Origin: Thermoplasmata archaeon
GTDB lineage: Archaea; Thermoplasmatota; Thermoplasmata; Lutacidiplasmatales; UBA184
Assembly: GCA_052325545.1 (NCBI GenBank)
Contig: JBKQUP010000034.1
Location: forward strand, 33,450 to 97,449
DNA length: 64,000 nucleotides
Direction of reading: 5' to 3'
This document shows positions 39,038-47,768 of the stretch, in pieces; the first letter of the stretch is position 1, and the number at the start of each line of letters is the position of its first letter. Under the pieces are notes generated by a model, which had not been told where the DNA came from, searched no databases, and saw only the letters and a list, made by a program, of their open reading frames with translations. A program made the translations under genes and the position numbers.

Positions 39038-39858
39038 GGATGGGGACCTCTGGGTTTCGTTGCACGAACCTCGCCCGGCACGACCCCGATCTCATCCTGG
39101 GCGCGCAGAGACTCCACTGAGGGACCCCCTCCGAGAACCGAGACCTCGATGAACTCGAACCCTGCCGAGCGCAAACGGTCCGTCACCTCGTCCACGGTCA
39201 ACGCTCCTGAAGAACAGGAGGCCCACCGCTCTGGGTCCTTCCGCATTTCTTCGGAAATGGGACGTGTCGCGAGAACGTCCGCGACCGCGAGCCGCCCGCC
39301 GGGCCGTAGGACCCGAAACGCCTCACGATAGACCTGTCCCTTGTCGGGAACGAGGTTAATCACACAGTTCGAAAGGACGACATCGACCGAAGCGTCCGCC
39401 ACCGGGAGGTGTTCGATCTCGCCCAATCGAAACTCAACGTTACTTCGGCCGCTCGACCGGGCGAGGTCGCAGGCCCGGGCGACCATCTCGGGCGTCATGT
39501 CCACTCCGATCACGCGGCCCGTTGGGCCGACATAGCCGGCGGCAAGGAAGCAGTCGACACCCGCACCGCTGCCAAGGTCCAGCACCACTTCGCCCGGGGC
39601 CAGTGGCACGAGTCGCGAGGGATTCCCGCACCCGAGCCCGAGATTCGAGCCTTCCGGGATGGTCGCCAACTCTGAGGGAGTGTAACCAGTGGAGCAGCAA
39701 GCGGCTTCAGCCTCCGGGGATGCTGTGCCCTGCGAGGCACCGGCGCAGGAGGATTCGCTTCCCCCGCAGCAGTTACCGCTTCCCGCGCGGGCAAGTGCGC
39801 CATACCGATCTCTCACAGACTGTCGCATCACCTCTCCGTTTGCTTCGGATTCGCTCAT
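39034..39858 (-). CDS. arsM: Arsenite S-adenosylmethionine methyltransferase
   Basis: N-terminal CC pairs, LGLGCGNP, DLGSGAG and SNCVINL. Confidence 0.95.
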   Translation of the reverse strand: MSESEANGEVMRQSVRDRYGALARAGSGNCCGGSESSCAGASQGTASPEAEAACCSTGYTPSELATIPEGSNLGLGCGNPSRLVPLAPGEVVLDLGSGAGVDCFLAAGYVGPTGRVIGVDMTPEMVARACDLARSSGRSNVEFRLGEIEHLPVADASVDVVLSNCVINLVPDKGQVYREAFRVLRPGGRLAVADVLATRPISEEMRKDPERWASCSSGALTVDEVTDRLRSAGFEFIEVSVLGGGPSVESLRAQDEIGVVPGEVRATKPRGPHP

Positions 39859-40223
39859 GGGACCTCCGCCAGGGCACCCGGCCTGAGCCGGTAGTACATC
39901 CACTTCCCGTGCCGTCGGGTTGTTACGAGGCCAGCGGAAGAGAGTACAGACATGTGGTGGCTCACGGTGGCGTGGGTCACGCCAAGCGCGGCTTGAATCT
40001 CGCAGGCACAGAGCTCTCCTTCTCGACCAAGGATCGCAACGGCCGTCAACCGCTGCGCATCTGAAAGCGCCCGAGCGCGCGCGAGGGCCTTCGCGAACCC
40101 GCTTCCCTTCGCGACCTGCTTGCCCATTCCCTGGTAGCGCGGGAGACAACCAGCACCGTCCGAACCAGTCAGTCTTCCCAACCGGCCGACGAGGCCGGTC
40201 TCGGGCTTGGATGACGCCATCAT
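39855..40223 (-). CDS. arsR: ArsR/SmtB As(III)-responsive repressor
   Basis: ALSDAQRL, ELCACEI and TVSHHMSVL; start at 40223 or 40241. Confidence 0.92.
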   Translation of the reverse strand: MMASSKPETGLVGRLGRLTGSDGAGCLPRYQGMGKQVAKGSGFAKALARARALSDAQRLTAVAILGREGELCACEIQAALGVTHATVSHHMSVLSSAGLVTTRRHGKWMYYRLRPGALAEVP

Positions 40224-40269
40224 GTCGATGCAGGTCGACACAGTATATGTAGATATCCATCGACATATA
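40223..40269. promoter_or_regulatory. Probable ArsR operator(s)
   Basis: TATATGTAGAT-ATCC-ATCGACATATA (40244-40269) and TGTCGA-N6-TCGACA (40223-40240) at the arsR start. Confidence 0.65.
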
Positions 40270-40372
40270 TGCTCAGATTATCCGGAGTTCCGCCGTCGCC
40301 GGGTTGTTCGTAGACAACAGACGGTCGACCCGGGGTGGAGGTTTAAGGTCGAATGAGATGATCGAGGATCGA

Positions 40373-41230
40373 ATGATTTCGCAAGCGGAGAAGGCCGAAG
40401 CGTTCCGCGCCCTGCATCATGGAGGCCGTGCGCTCATCCTTCCGAATGCGTGGGACGTCCCCAGCGCGCGGGTATTCGAGGAGGCCGGTTTCCCCGCGGT
40501 TGCGACCTCCAGTGCGGGACTCATGGTTTCCCTGGGATATCGGGACGGAGAGGAGATGCCCCGACGCGAATTGGCGGCGGCGGTTTGGCGAATTGCGACG
40601 AAGCTCTCCGTTCCCCTGAGCGCCGACGTGGTCGCGGGGTACGGCCGCACTCCTCGCGAAGTGACCGCAACGGTTCGGATGATGCTCGCTTCCGGGGCGG
40701 TTGGCATCAACTTAGAGGATCGGGTTCCCTCGGGCCAGGGAATGTATCCCGATACGGTCCAGGTCCGGAAGATCGTGGCAATTCACCGCCTTGGAAGATC
40801 GGTGGGAATCCCTCTGGTGATCAACGCTCGGACCGACGCGCTTCGGCTCGCCCCCGGTGATGACGAGGAACGGCTTCGCGAGGCCATACGTCGTTCGATC
40901 GCGTACCGTGACGCGGGAGCGGATTGTGTCTACCCTATGGGCTTGACCGACCCCCAATCCATCTCGACGTTTGTCGGTGCTCTCCGGTGCCCGGTCAATG
41001 TGATGGTCCGGAAGGGACTCCCTCCGATCGCGGAGCTGGAGAAGCTGGGCGTGAAGCGAGTGAGCTTTGGCCCTTCCGCATCGTATGCGGCTATGGGACT
41101 GTTAAGACGAGCAAGCCTCGAGATCATCGCGCACGGCACGTACGGTTCGTTGCTGGACGGCGCAATCACTTTCGATGAGCTCAACCGTCTTGCCGCGCCG
41201 AAGGACTCCGAAAGCGACCCTCACAGTTAG
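40373..41230 (+). CDS. Isocitrate lyase/PEP mutase family protein
   Basis: PNAWD, ATSSAG, GINLED, INARTD and AGADCVY; TTTAAG box near 40342. Confidence 0.92.
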   Translation: MISQAEKAEAFRALHHGGRALILPNAWDVPSARVFEEAGFPAVATSSAGLMVSLGYRDGEEMPRRELAAAVWRIATKLSVPLSADVVAGYGRTPREVTATVRMMLASGAVGINLEDRVPSGQGMYPDTVQVRKIVAIHRLGRSVGIPLVINARTDALRLAPGDDEERLREAIRRSIAYRDAGADCVYPMGLTDPQSISTFVGALRCPVNVMVRKGLPPIAELEKLGVKRVSFGPSASYAAMGLLRRASLEIIAHGTYGSLLDGAITFDELNRLAAPKDSESDPHS

Positions 41231-41249
41231 CGGTGGATCTACCGCCGCC

Positions 41250-41291
41250 GTGGGGGATTTGAAGATTTCAATAGTTCCCCCTTCCGACATT
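41250..41291 (+). repeat. Type A palindromic site (R5)
   Basis: GTGGGGGATTTGAAGATTTCAATAGTTCCCCCTTCCGACATT; extra half-site GGGATTTGAAACC at 41343-41355. Confidence 0.85.
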
Positions 41292-41403
41292 CTTAGGTGA
41301 CTTGTCACCGAGAAGCGGCGACGTCTGACCATTTGTGTGCTAGGGATTTGAAACCGAAAACGCTCCGGTGATAGACGAGGGCGGCTCTTTCCCTCGGCAG
41401 CGG

Positions 41404-42096
41404 TTACCTCGAAGGTCGTTGGGCCCCAGAGGCTGTTGGATTGTCGGGGATGGGAGTAGCCCGACGAGGGGGCCACCCGGGCCCGAAGACACCGGCGATC
41501 TGGAGTAGTAGGTAGGCGACCACGAACAGCACGGTCGCGACCAGAAGGATGTCGATATAGCGGAAGTACGAAGAGACGGCCGTCCAATTGGAACGGAGTA
41601 TCATCCCGGCGTACACCAAGGCGAGGGTGAAGGGAATCGAACCGAGCAACGTGTACGCCCCGAAGCGGACAGGCTTCATCCGGGCCGTCCCCGCAGGGTA
41701 GGAGATGTAGGCACGCACAACGGGTACGAGACGCGCGACGGCGACCGTGAGTTCCCCCCGGCGGGCAAAAAATCGGTCCATCCGTTCGAGATGGCGGGCT
41801 TCCAGTCGAAGACGGCCGATGCCGAACCCCGTGATGCGCTCGCGCCACAAGCGGCCGACGGCGTACGCGGCGAAAGAGCCGACCAGTCCGCCGGCCAAAG
41901 CGGCCAAGAGCGATCCTCCGAGCGAGAACGTCCCTTCCGCCACCAGAAAGCCGGTGAACGGAAGGATGATCTCGGAGGGTATGGGAGGTAACCCGAAGCT
42001 TTCGACCACCATCAAGGCGAAGAGGCCCGGTAAGCCGACCGTGGTTAGGACGGTGGTGATGAACTCGGCCACGCTGCCGATGAGCGAGAACGTCAC
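41404..42096 (-). CDS. DedA family membrane protein
   Basis: ESFGLPPIPSEIILPFTG and ARLVPVVRAYISYPAG. Confidence 0.93.
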   Translation of the reverse strand: MTFSLIGSVAEFITTVLTTVGLPGLFALMVVESFGLPPIPSEIILPFTGFLVAEGTFSLGGSLLAALAGGLVGSFAAYAVGRLWRERITGFGIGRLRLEARHLERMDRFFARRGELTVAVARLVPVVRAYISYPAGTARMKPVRFGAYTLLGSIPFTLALVYAGMILRSNWTAVSSYFRYIDILLVATVLFVVAYLLLQIAGVFGPGWPPRRATPIPDNPTASGAQRPSR

Positions 42097-42193
42097 AGTG
42101 GAGCCCCTGGTCGCGACGACCCGCTCTACGACGTTTGGCTTAAAGACTCCAACCCGCGGCTTTGGGGGGGCCTCGGTCGTCCCACTCGGTGGT

Positions 42194-42276
42194 GCGGGGG
42201 ATTTGAAGAACTCAGTAGTCCCCCCTCCGGCGTTCGATTTGGGAACCCTCAGGGGAATCGGATTCCCCCTCCGGAA
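42194..42276 (+). repeat. Type A site (R6) immediately followed by a type B site (R7)
   Basis: GCGGGGGATTTGAAGAACTCAGTAGTCCCCCCTCCGGC, then GATTTGGGAACCCTCAGGGGAATCGGATTCCCCCTCCGGAA. Confidence 0.8.
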
Positions 42277-42493
42277 GAGGGTGGGTTTCCCGACGGGAGA
42301 GGTCGGTCTCAGCGATCTACTCCGAGGCGCTCCGGCCCACGGTCCTGCTCCTGTCGATGGTCAGGACGCCGCCTTACTGGGAGCGAAATGCACGCGGCCT
42401 AGGACCTGATAACGCGGACGTTAGCAGACCCGCGGACGACCACTCCTCTGTTATATCCCCCCGGTCCGCTCACATCGATGCGAAGGGTGCATT

Positions 42494-42886
42494 ATGACCG
42501 GATGGCACAAGGCAGCGGACGCGAAGGAGTTGCCCCAAGGAACGATGAAAGGAATCGAGGTCGCGGGAGCGAAGGTCCTGTTGGTGCACGGGTCTTCGGG
42601 AATCCGTGCGTTCGAGGACCGGTGTGGTCATATGTCTGCCCCCGTCAGCATCGGTACTTTCAAGAGCGGCGTACTCAAGTGTGCGCTCCATGCCGCGGTG
42701 TTCGACGCCGAGACCGGGGCGGTTCGTGGACCGCCCCAGATGCACGCACCGCCGGCCGGGCAACTTCCTCCGGAACTAATGGAAATGATGGCCGCCATGG
42801 GACAAATCATGGCCCAAATCCGCTGCGACCCACTTCGGCCTTTTCCGGTCGCGGTTGAAGGTGGCCAGATCATGGTCTACGTCTGA
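42494..42886 (+). CDS. Rieske [2Fe-2S] ferredoxin
   Basis: CGH...CALH ligand motifs. Confidence 0.9.
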   Translation: MTGWHKAADAKELPQGTMKGIEVAGAKVLLVHGSSGIRAFEDRCGHMSAPVSIGTFKSGVLKCALHAAVFDAETGAVRGPPQMHAPPAGQLPPELMEMMAAMGQIMAQIRCDPLRPFPVAVEGGQIMVYV

Positions 42887-43076
42887 AGGACCGGTGCCTA
42901 CCTTTGGTTTTGAAGGGAGCGCCGAACGCGCTCTGGACTCGGATCGTTGATCCCGGATTCGGATGGAGGGGGGAATCTCGAGTTTTCAGCGGGGGCGAGC
43001 TCCCTTCGCCCAGGACACCGCCGATTCCGGTACCTGCTTTACGATCCGCCGAGCCCGATAGACATGGAGGTGTAAA

Positions 43077-43481
43077 TTGGCCAAAAAAGTGACGCCCAGC
43101 TGGGACAGCGCCGGAGCTGAGGTGCTCCGAACGAACGACTTCGAGGGTACGCGTCTCAAGCGCGACGGGACCTACGCGGTTTGCTTTGGGGCCACGTGGT
43201 GCCCCCCGACTCGAGCCTTCGTCCCTAAGTTCGTCGCCCGAAATGGACGTCTCCCAGCCAACCTCGCCATCGCGGATATCACGGAGATGAATGACCCACT
43301 GTGGGACTCGTTCCGGATCAAGATCACTCCTACAATCCTCGTTTTTCGGGATGGGGGAACGGTAGGCCGGTTCGATGGCCGGCGGTTCGTAGGTCTCCGG
43401 GATTCGGACTTGGACCGGCTGACGGACCTGCTGGGAAGGCTAGGCGGTCCGGTGCGCCCCGAGGCGGTCTCCCCTCCCTAG
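43077..43481 (+). CDS. Thioredoxin-like protein (WCPPT)
   Basis: FGATWCPPT and cis-Pro TPTILVFRDG; TTG start after GGAGGTG. Confidence 0.82.
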   Translation: MAKKVTPSWDSAGAEVLRTNDFEGTRLKRDGTYAVCFGATWCPPTRAFVPKFVARNGRLPANLAIADITEMNDPLWDSFRIKITPTILVFRDGGTVGRFDGRRFVGLRDSDLDRLTDLLGRLGGPVRPEAVSPP

Positions 43482-43761
43482 GAACCGAACGCCCCGATGC
43501 GGCGGGTACTCCCCCCGCAGCCGGTTCGAGACGGACCGGTGCTGAGGCGGGAGACCCGTAAGTCGAGGGTTCGAGTCGATTTCCAACCGAGGGCGGTCCG
43601 GTCGGGAGAGCCTCTGCCGAAGGATTCGATGGTTCACGCCGAGAGATAGGAGAGTTAACCAGTGAGGCTGGCCGTTCCGGAGAGACCTTTCGATTCGGGG
43701 ACGGTCGGAGTGATCGGTCGCGACCCCACCGAGCGGCGGCTCCCCGGAGGCGGGGTGGAGG

Positions 43762-43974
43762 CTACTTGGGGTCCTCAGTTGGTGGTTCGGTCCACTCTCG
43801 CATCGGTGTCCGCCGGATCCCCGCAGCCCGCGCAAGGGCGTTCTTCGTCCCTTCCTTGGCCACGTGGGGCGCGTCGGCGACATCAATCTTGACGTCCGTG
43901 CCAATCCCCCCCAATGCCCTTCGCATCTCGTGTAGGTGCTCTCGGAATCGCGGTCGGTCAGCTTCGTCGGTCAT
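43762..43974 (-). CDS. Small hypothetical protein, short paralog of 29415-29849
   Basis: FREHLHEMRRA...GTKNALARAAGIRRTPMREW. Confidence 0.8.
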   Translation of the reverse strand: MTDEADRPRFREHLHEMRRALGGIGTDVKIDVADAPHVAKEGTKNALARAAGIRRTPMREWTEPPTEDPK

Positions 43975-44204
43975 GGTTCCGGGCCGGTGGGTCCGAGCTT
44001 CTGGTCCAAAAACCTTGAGGTGGACGGGAAGCAAGCGAGCGGGAGCTCTTCGCGGTCGGCACGGGTCCTGGTATGAGTCGGTGCGAGGGTCTGGATCTCG
44101 AACCCCCCAAAGTAGAGACGCGGCAAGTTCCGCCTAGAGTTCAATGGCGCGCGGTTCGGTCCGCTTCAAGAGCTCGCATACATTTCCTCACCTCCCGGAA
44201 TAGG

Positions 44205-45211
44205 GTGAACGAAGTTTCAACTCCGGCCGTCGGCCCCACCCGTACGGGGAAGGCATGGGTCTTTGAACGCTACGGATCCCCCGAGGTCCTCGAACTCCGA
44301 GATGTCCCGGTTCCAGCGTTCCGGGACGAGGACGAGGTACTGGTGCGGGTGCACGCCGCCTCCGTAAACCCTAGCGATCGGCATTCGCTGAAACCCCCTT
44401 TCATCTTCCGGAGAGGACAGGGATTCCTCCGACCGAAAATAGGACGACCCGGGGGCGACCTGGCCGGGCGAATCGAGGTGGTCGCCAAGAACGTAACGAA
44501 GCTACACGTTGGGGACGAGGTCTTCGGCGTGGGCCGTGGCGCCTTTGCGGAGTATGCGGTCGCCGACCAGACCCAGGTGGTCCTGAAACCCGCCCCGCTG
44601 ACGTTCGAGCACGCCGCCGCCGTGCCCATCGCCGCCGTTACGGCCCTCCAGGGCCTCCGCGATACGGCTCAGGTCCGGCCGGGCCAGCGGGTCTTGATCA
44701 ATGGTGCGTCGGGCGGCGTCGGCACCTTCGCGGTTCAAATCGCCAAGTCGCTCGGTGCTAAGGTAGACGGGGTCTGCAGCACCCGGAACGTGGATTTGGT
44801 CAAGTCCCTCGGAGCCGACCGGGTCTTCGATTACTCGCGAGAGGACTTCACCAAGAGCGGCCAGCGCTACGATGTCATCTTCGATACTCAGCTTAACCCT
44901 CCTTGGCGGCGTACCGGGGTATCCTTACTCCCCACGGACTGCTCGTGGTAGTCGGCGCAGGTTCAGGGGAGATCGGCCCAGCGCTCCGCCGACTCTTCAA
45001 GACCCTGGTCTGGACGCGCATTGTCGGGCCGAGAACGAAGTTCTTCATCGCGTCGATCAAGGAGGGAGACCTGGTCGTCCTCAGGGAGCTGCTCGAGGCC
45101 GGTAAGGTGACCCCGGTGATCGACCGGCGCTATCCCTTGAACCAGGTCCCGGACGCGATCCGGTATCTGGCGGAAGGACACGCTCGAGGAAAGATCGTCG
45201 TAACGGTCTAA
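44205..45211 (+). pseudogene. Zinc-independent MDR/quinone oxidoreductase-like gene with a 1-nt frameshift near 44898
   Basis: VRVHAASVNP and NGASGGVG in one frame; GKVTPVIDRRYPL...GHARGKIVV in another. Confidence 0.8.
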
Positions 45212-45322
45212 CGCGGGCCTCGCGTCGCGCCGTACGCGTATCCGCAACGACAGAGCCCCTACGCATCCGGCTCCGGATGCGCGTGTTGTGGACCCTTTGC
45301 GCCGCCGTCAGGATGCCCGACG

Positions 45323-45829
45323 TCAACCGAGAGGGTTCCCGCAGGATGCGCAGAACCTCACGTCCGGAGCCACCGCCCGGCCGCACTTCGGACAGATCCG
45401 CTGCGGCTGCACATACACGACGGTGGGAACGGGGGGAGTAGGTTTGTGGGCGATTCCAAGAATCCCCCCGATGAGAGCCAGGATGAACCCGATGAGGAGT
45501 CCCCCCAATCCGACCAGGCTGACGATCGAGAAGACCAGGACCAGCACCCCGAACATGGTGTGCTGTTGTGGATTCACATAGAGGAGGATCCCGGCGATCA
45601 TGATGATGAGACCGGAGAGGATCTCGACCCCCCCGATGATGAGAACGCCCCCGCCGAAGACGAAGCTCGATATCGCGACCCCGACCGCGAAGAGCACCAG
45701 CCCCCAGAGGAGGATGAAGATCCCTCCGAGGAGAGAGAGAATAAACGCCGCGGTGGGTTTCACCAAGGGGGCGGGCGGAGGGACCATGGGCGGGACACCA
45801 AACTGGGACCCATACGGAGGGGCTGCCAT
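45323..45829 (-). CDS. Four-TM membrane protein (DUF6114-like) with C-terminal zinc ribbon
   Basis: AAFILSLLGGIFIL...; CPKCG...FCASCG. Confidence 0.85.
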   Translation of the reverse strand: MAAPPYGSQFGVPPMVPPPAPLVKPTAAFILSLLGGIFILLWGLVLFAVGVAISSFVFGGGVLIIGGVEILSGLIIMIAGILLYVNPQQHTMFGVLVLVFSIVSLVGLGGLLIGFILALIGGILGIAHKPTPPVPTVVYVQPQRICPKCGRAVAPDVRFCASCGNPLG

Positions 45830-45968
45830 GCCCTGCCTTACAACCGCTCCACTATGACTGCCTTGCGTCGGAGGTCAGTATCCGCCATCCCGAACCCGGT
45901 GCGTTGGGGACCGACTCTCCCGAGGAGCGAGAACAAGGTCGATAGAGTGAAGTCGGGCTGACTGAGAG

Positions 45969-46007
45969 TATTAACCCCCCTTCTTGCATCATTGCATCAT
46001 CCTGCAA
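45969..46007 (+). promoter_or_regulatory. Promoter with probable repressor operator for the dsrE-hdr operon
   Basis: TATTAA at 45969, then TTGCATCA twice and palindrome TTGCA-N6-TGCAA (45992-46007). Confidence 0.55.
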
Positions 46008-46050
46008 GTGAGCAACTGCGGGGGAATGGAACCAACCTAGGAGTCAGAAG

Positions 46051-46617
46051 ATGTCGGGAGCAATCGCAGCCACAACCAAGTCCGCCTTGCCCAAAGACCT
46101 CGGGCTTCCCACGGAACTCACGGTCCCGTCCGGGTCGGCCCCGAGCGGTCTGTCGATGGTGGTCTTCTCGGGGGACCTCGACAAGGTCCTCGCGGCGATG
46201 ATCATCGCGAACGGCGCCGCGGCGATGGACCTGCCCGTGAACATTTTCTTCACGTTCTGGGGACTCAACGTCCTCCGCATCGGAGGGCCGGTCCAGGTCC
46301 AGGGAAAGAAGACGATGACCGAGGGAATGTTCGGCCGCATGATGCCCCGCGGACCGGACCACCTCCAGATCTCGAAGATGAAGATGGGGGGTCTCGGGAC
46401 CCGGATGATCAAGAAGGAGATGGGAAAGAAGCACGTCATGAGCCTTCCGAATCTGATCCGCTCGGCTCAGGAACAGGGCGTGCGATTCATCGCGTGCACG
46501 ATGTCGATGGACCTCATGGGGATCCACAAGGAAGAGCTCATCCCGGGGATCGACTACGGGAACGTGGGCTCGTTCATCGACGCGGCCGACCGAAGCCGGA
46601 TGACACTGTTCATCTGA
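46051..46617 (+). CDS. DsrE/DsrF/DrsH-like (DsrE2) sulfur-transfer protein
   Basis: FSGDLDK, FFTFWGL and ACTMSMDLMGI. Confidence 0.92.
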   Translation: MSGAIAATTKSALPKDLGLPTELTVPSGSAPSGLSMVVFSGDLDKVLAAMIIANGAAAMDLPVNIFFTFWGLNVLRIGGPVQVQGKKTMTEGMFGRMMPRGPDHLQISKMKMGGLGTRMIKKEMGKKHVMSLPNLIRSAQEQGVRFIACTMSMDLMGIHKEELIPGIDYGNVGSFIDAADRSRMTLFI

Positions 46618-46632
46618 GCACAACGGACGTCA

Positions 46633-47061
46633 ATGACGGTTCGACGACGGGTCCCGATCCGGGGGCTCGACCTCGAAGGCTTCGAGCTCGAAGCCGACAC
46701 GATCCGCGTGCTTGCCAACCCGAAACGGCTCATGATCGTGGACCTGCTCGGGCGGGGCCCGAGCACGGTCACCGAGATCGCCGATGGGTTGAACCTCTCC
46801 CTACAGAACGCCTCGCAGCACCTGCGCGTGATGAAGGATCGAGGCATCGTCCGGGCGCGTCGGGACGGCCGTGAGGTCCGCTACGCGCTCCGGAGCCCCG
46901 TTCTCTCGGAGAGCTGCCAGCTGGTCCGGCGAGCGCTGCTCGCGGAGACACGGTTCCGACCGGGCCGCTTCGGCGACGCCGACGAGCCGACAACCCCTTC
47001 GAACCCGCGTCGGACCCGCGAATCCCGACGGGTCCGCATTCCTGTCTCAGTCGCCGGTTGA
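46633..47061 (+). CDS. ArsR/SmtB family regulator
   Basis: LANPKRLMI and SQHLRVM; single C-terminal Cys. Confidence 0.9.
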   Translation: MTVRRRVPIRGLDLEGFELEADTIRVLANPKRLMIVDLLGRGPSTVTEIADGLNLSLQNASQHLRVMKDRGIVRARRDGREVRYALRSPVLSESCQLVRRALLAETRFRPGRFGDADEPTTPSNPRRTRESRRVRIPVSVAG

Positions 47062-47079
47062 ATCACGGAGGAAGGAAGA

Positions 47080-47334
47080 ATGAATGTAGACGAGTTGAAA
47101 GGTCTGAAGGTGGACAAGGTCGTAGACGCGCGCGGGACCGCGTGCCCGGGCCCGCTCTTGGATGCCAAACGGGCGATGGGAAGTGTCCCGATGGCCGGGG
47201 TCATGGAAGTGATCTCGTCCGACGTCGGCACCACGCTGGACATACCGCTCTGGGCCTCCAAGGTCGGGCACGAGTACCTCGGCATGCTCACCGAGCCCGG
47301 CCTCTGGCGGATGTACGTAAAGCGCGGCAAGTGA
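47080..47334 (+). CDS. tusA: TusA family sulfurtransferase
   Basis: VDARGTACPGP motif. Confidence 0.93.
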   Translation: MNVDELKGLKVDKVVDARGTACPGPLLDAKRAMGSVPMAGVMEVISSDVGTTLDIPLWASKVGHEYLGMLTEPGLWRMYVKRGK

Positions 47335-47768
47335 GGGTCTCGGTGCCCGTCCCCCCCGACCGCCGGCCACCGCCGAGGATCCTCGTCTTCTCGACGAACG
47401 CGATCTCGGACATGGCCATCGACCTGGCCGGCAGTTCGCACCTCGATTACTCGCCGACCGTGCAGGTGATCGCCCTGCCGTGTTCGAGCGGGATCAACCC
47501 GACGTGGATTGCCCACGCTATTACCGCGGGGTTCGAGGGGGTATTCGTCGCGGCGGACGGGGGCGAATGCGCCTACATACCGGATTGCACGGCCCGCACG
47601 GGACGTCTCGTCGAGCAGGCCCAGAGCCTGCTCACCAAGAACGGGTCCGATGCGCGGCGCGTCAAGATGGGGGCCCTCTGTTCCGTCTGCTCCGACGCGT
47701 TCGTCAACCACATGAAACAGTTTGGTCGGGAGCTCGAGGAACTTCGAGCCCCCGTCGCGGCGGCGTAG
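47331..47768 (+). CDS. mvhD: MvhD/FlpD-like Fe-S subunit (variant Cys pattern)
   Basis: ILVFST...IDLAG, LPCSS, DGGECAY and CSVC. Confidence 0.85.
   Translation: MRVSVPVPPDRRPPPRILVFSTNAISDMAIDLAGSSHLDYSPTVQVIALPCSSGINPTWIAHAITAGFEGVFVAADGGECAYIPDCTARTGRLVEQAQSLLTKNGSDARRVKMGALCSVCSDAFVNHMKQFGRELEELRAPVAAA

Larger units (their letters stand above)
34258..45900. mobile_element. tRNA-Met-anchored accessory island / candidate cassette array (right boundary uncertain; no integrase seen)
   Basis: Starts at the tRNA 3' end; long spacers, mixed-orientation unrelated cargo, a frameshifted gene and repeated tRNA-3'-end-like sites. Confidence 0.65.

Noticed and set aside
34258-44110. CRISPR array interpretation of the ~38-bp palindromic repeats
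   Set aside because: Spacers are hundreds to thousands of bp and contain genes; repeats are degenerate; no cas genes
34258-45900. Integrase or transposase within the island
   Set aside because: No ORF shows tyrosine/serine recombinase or DDE motifs
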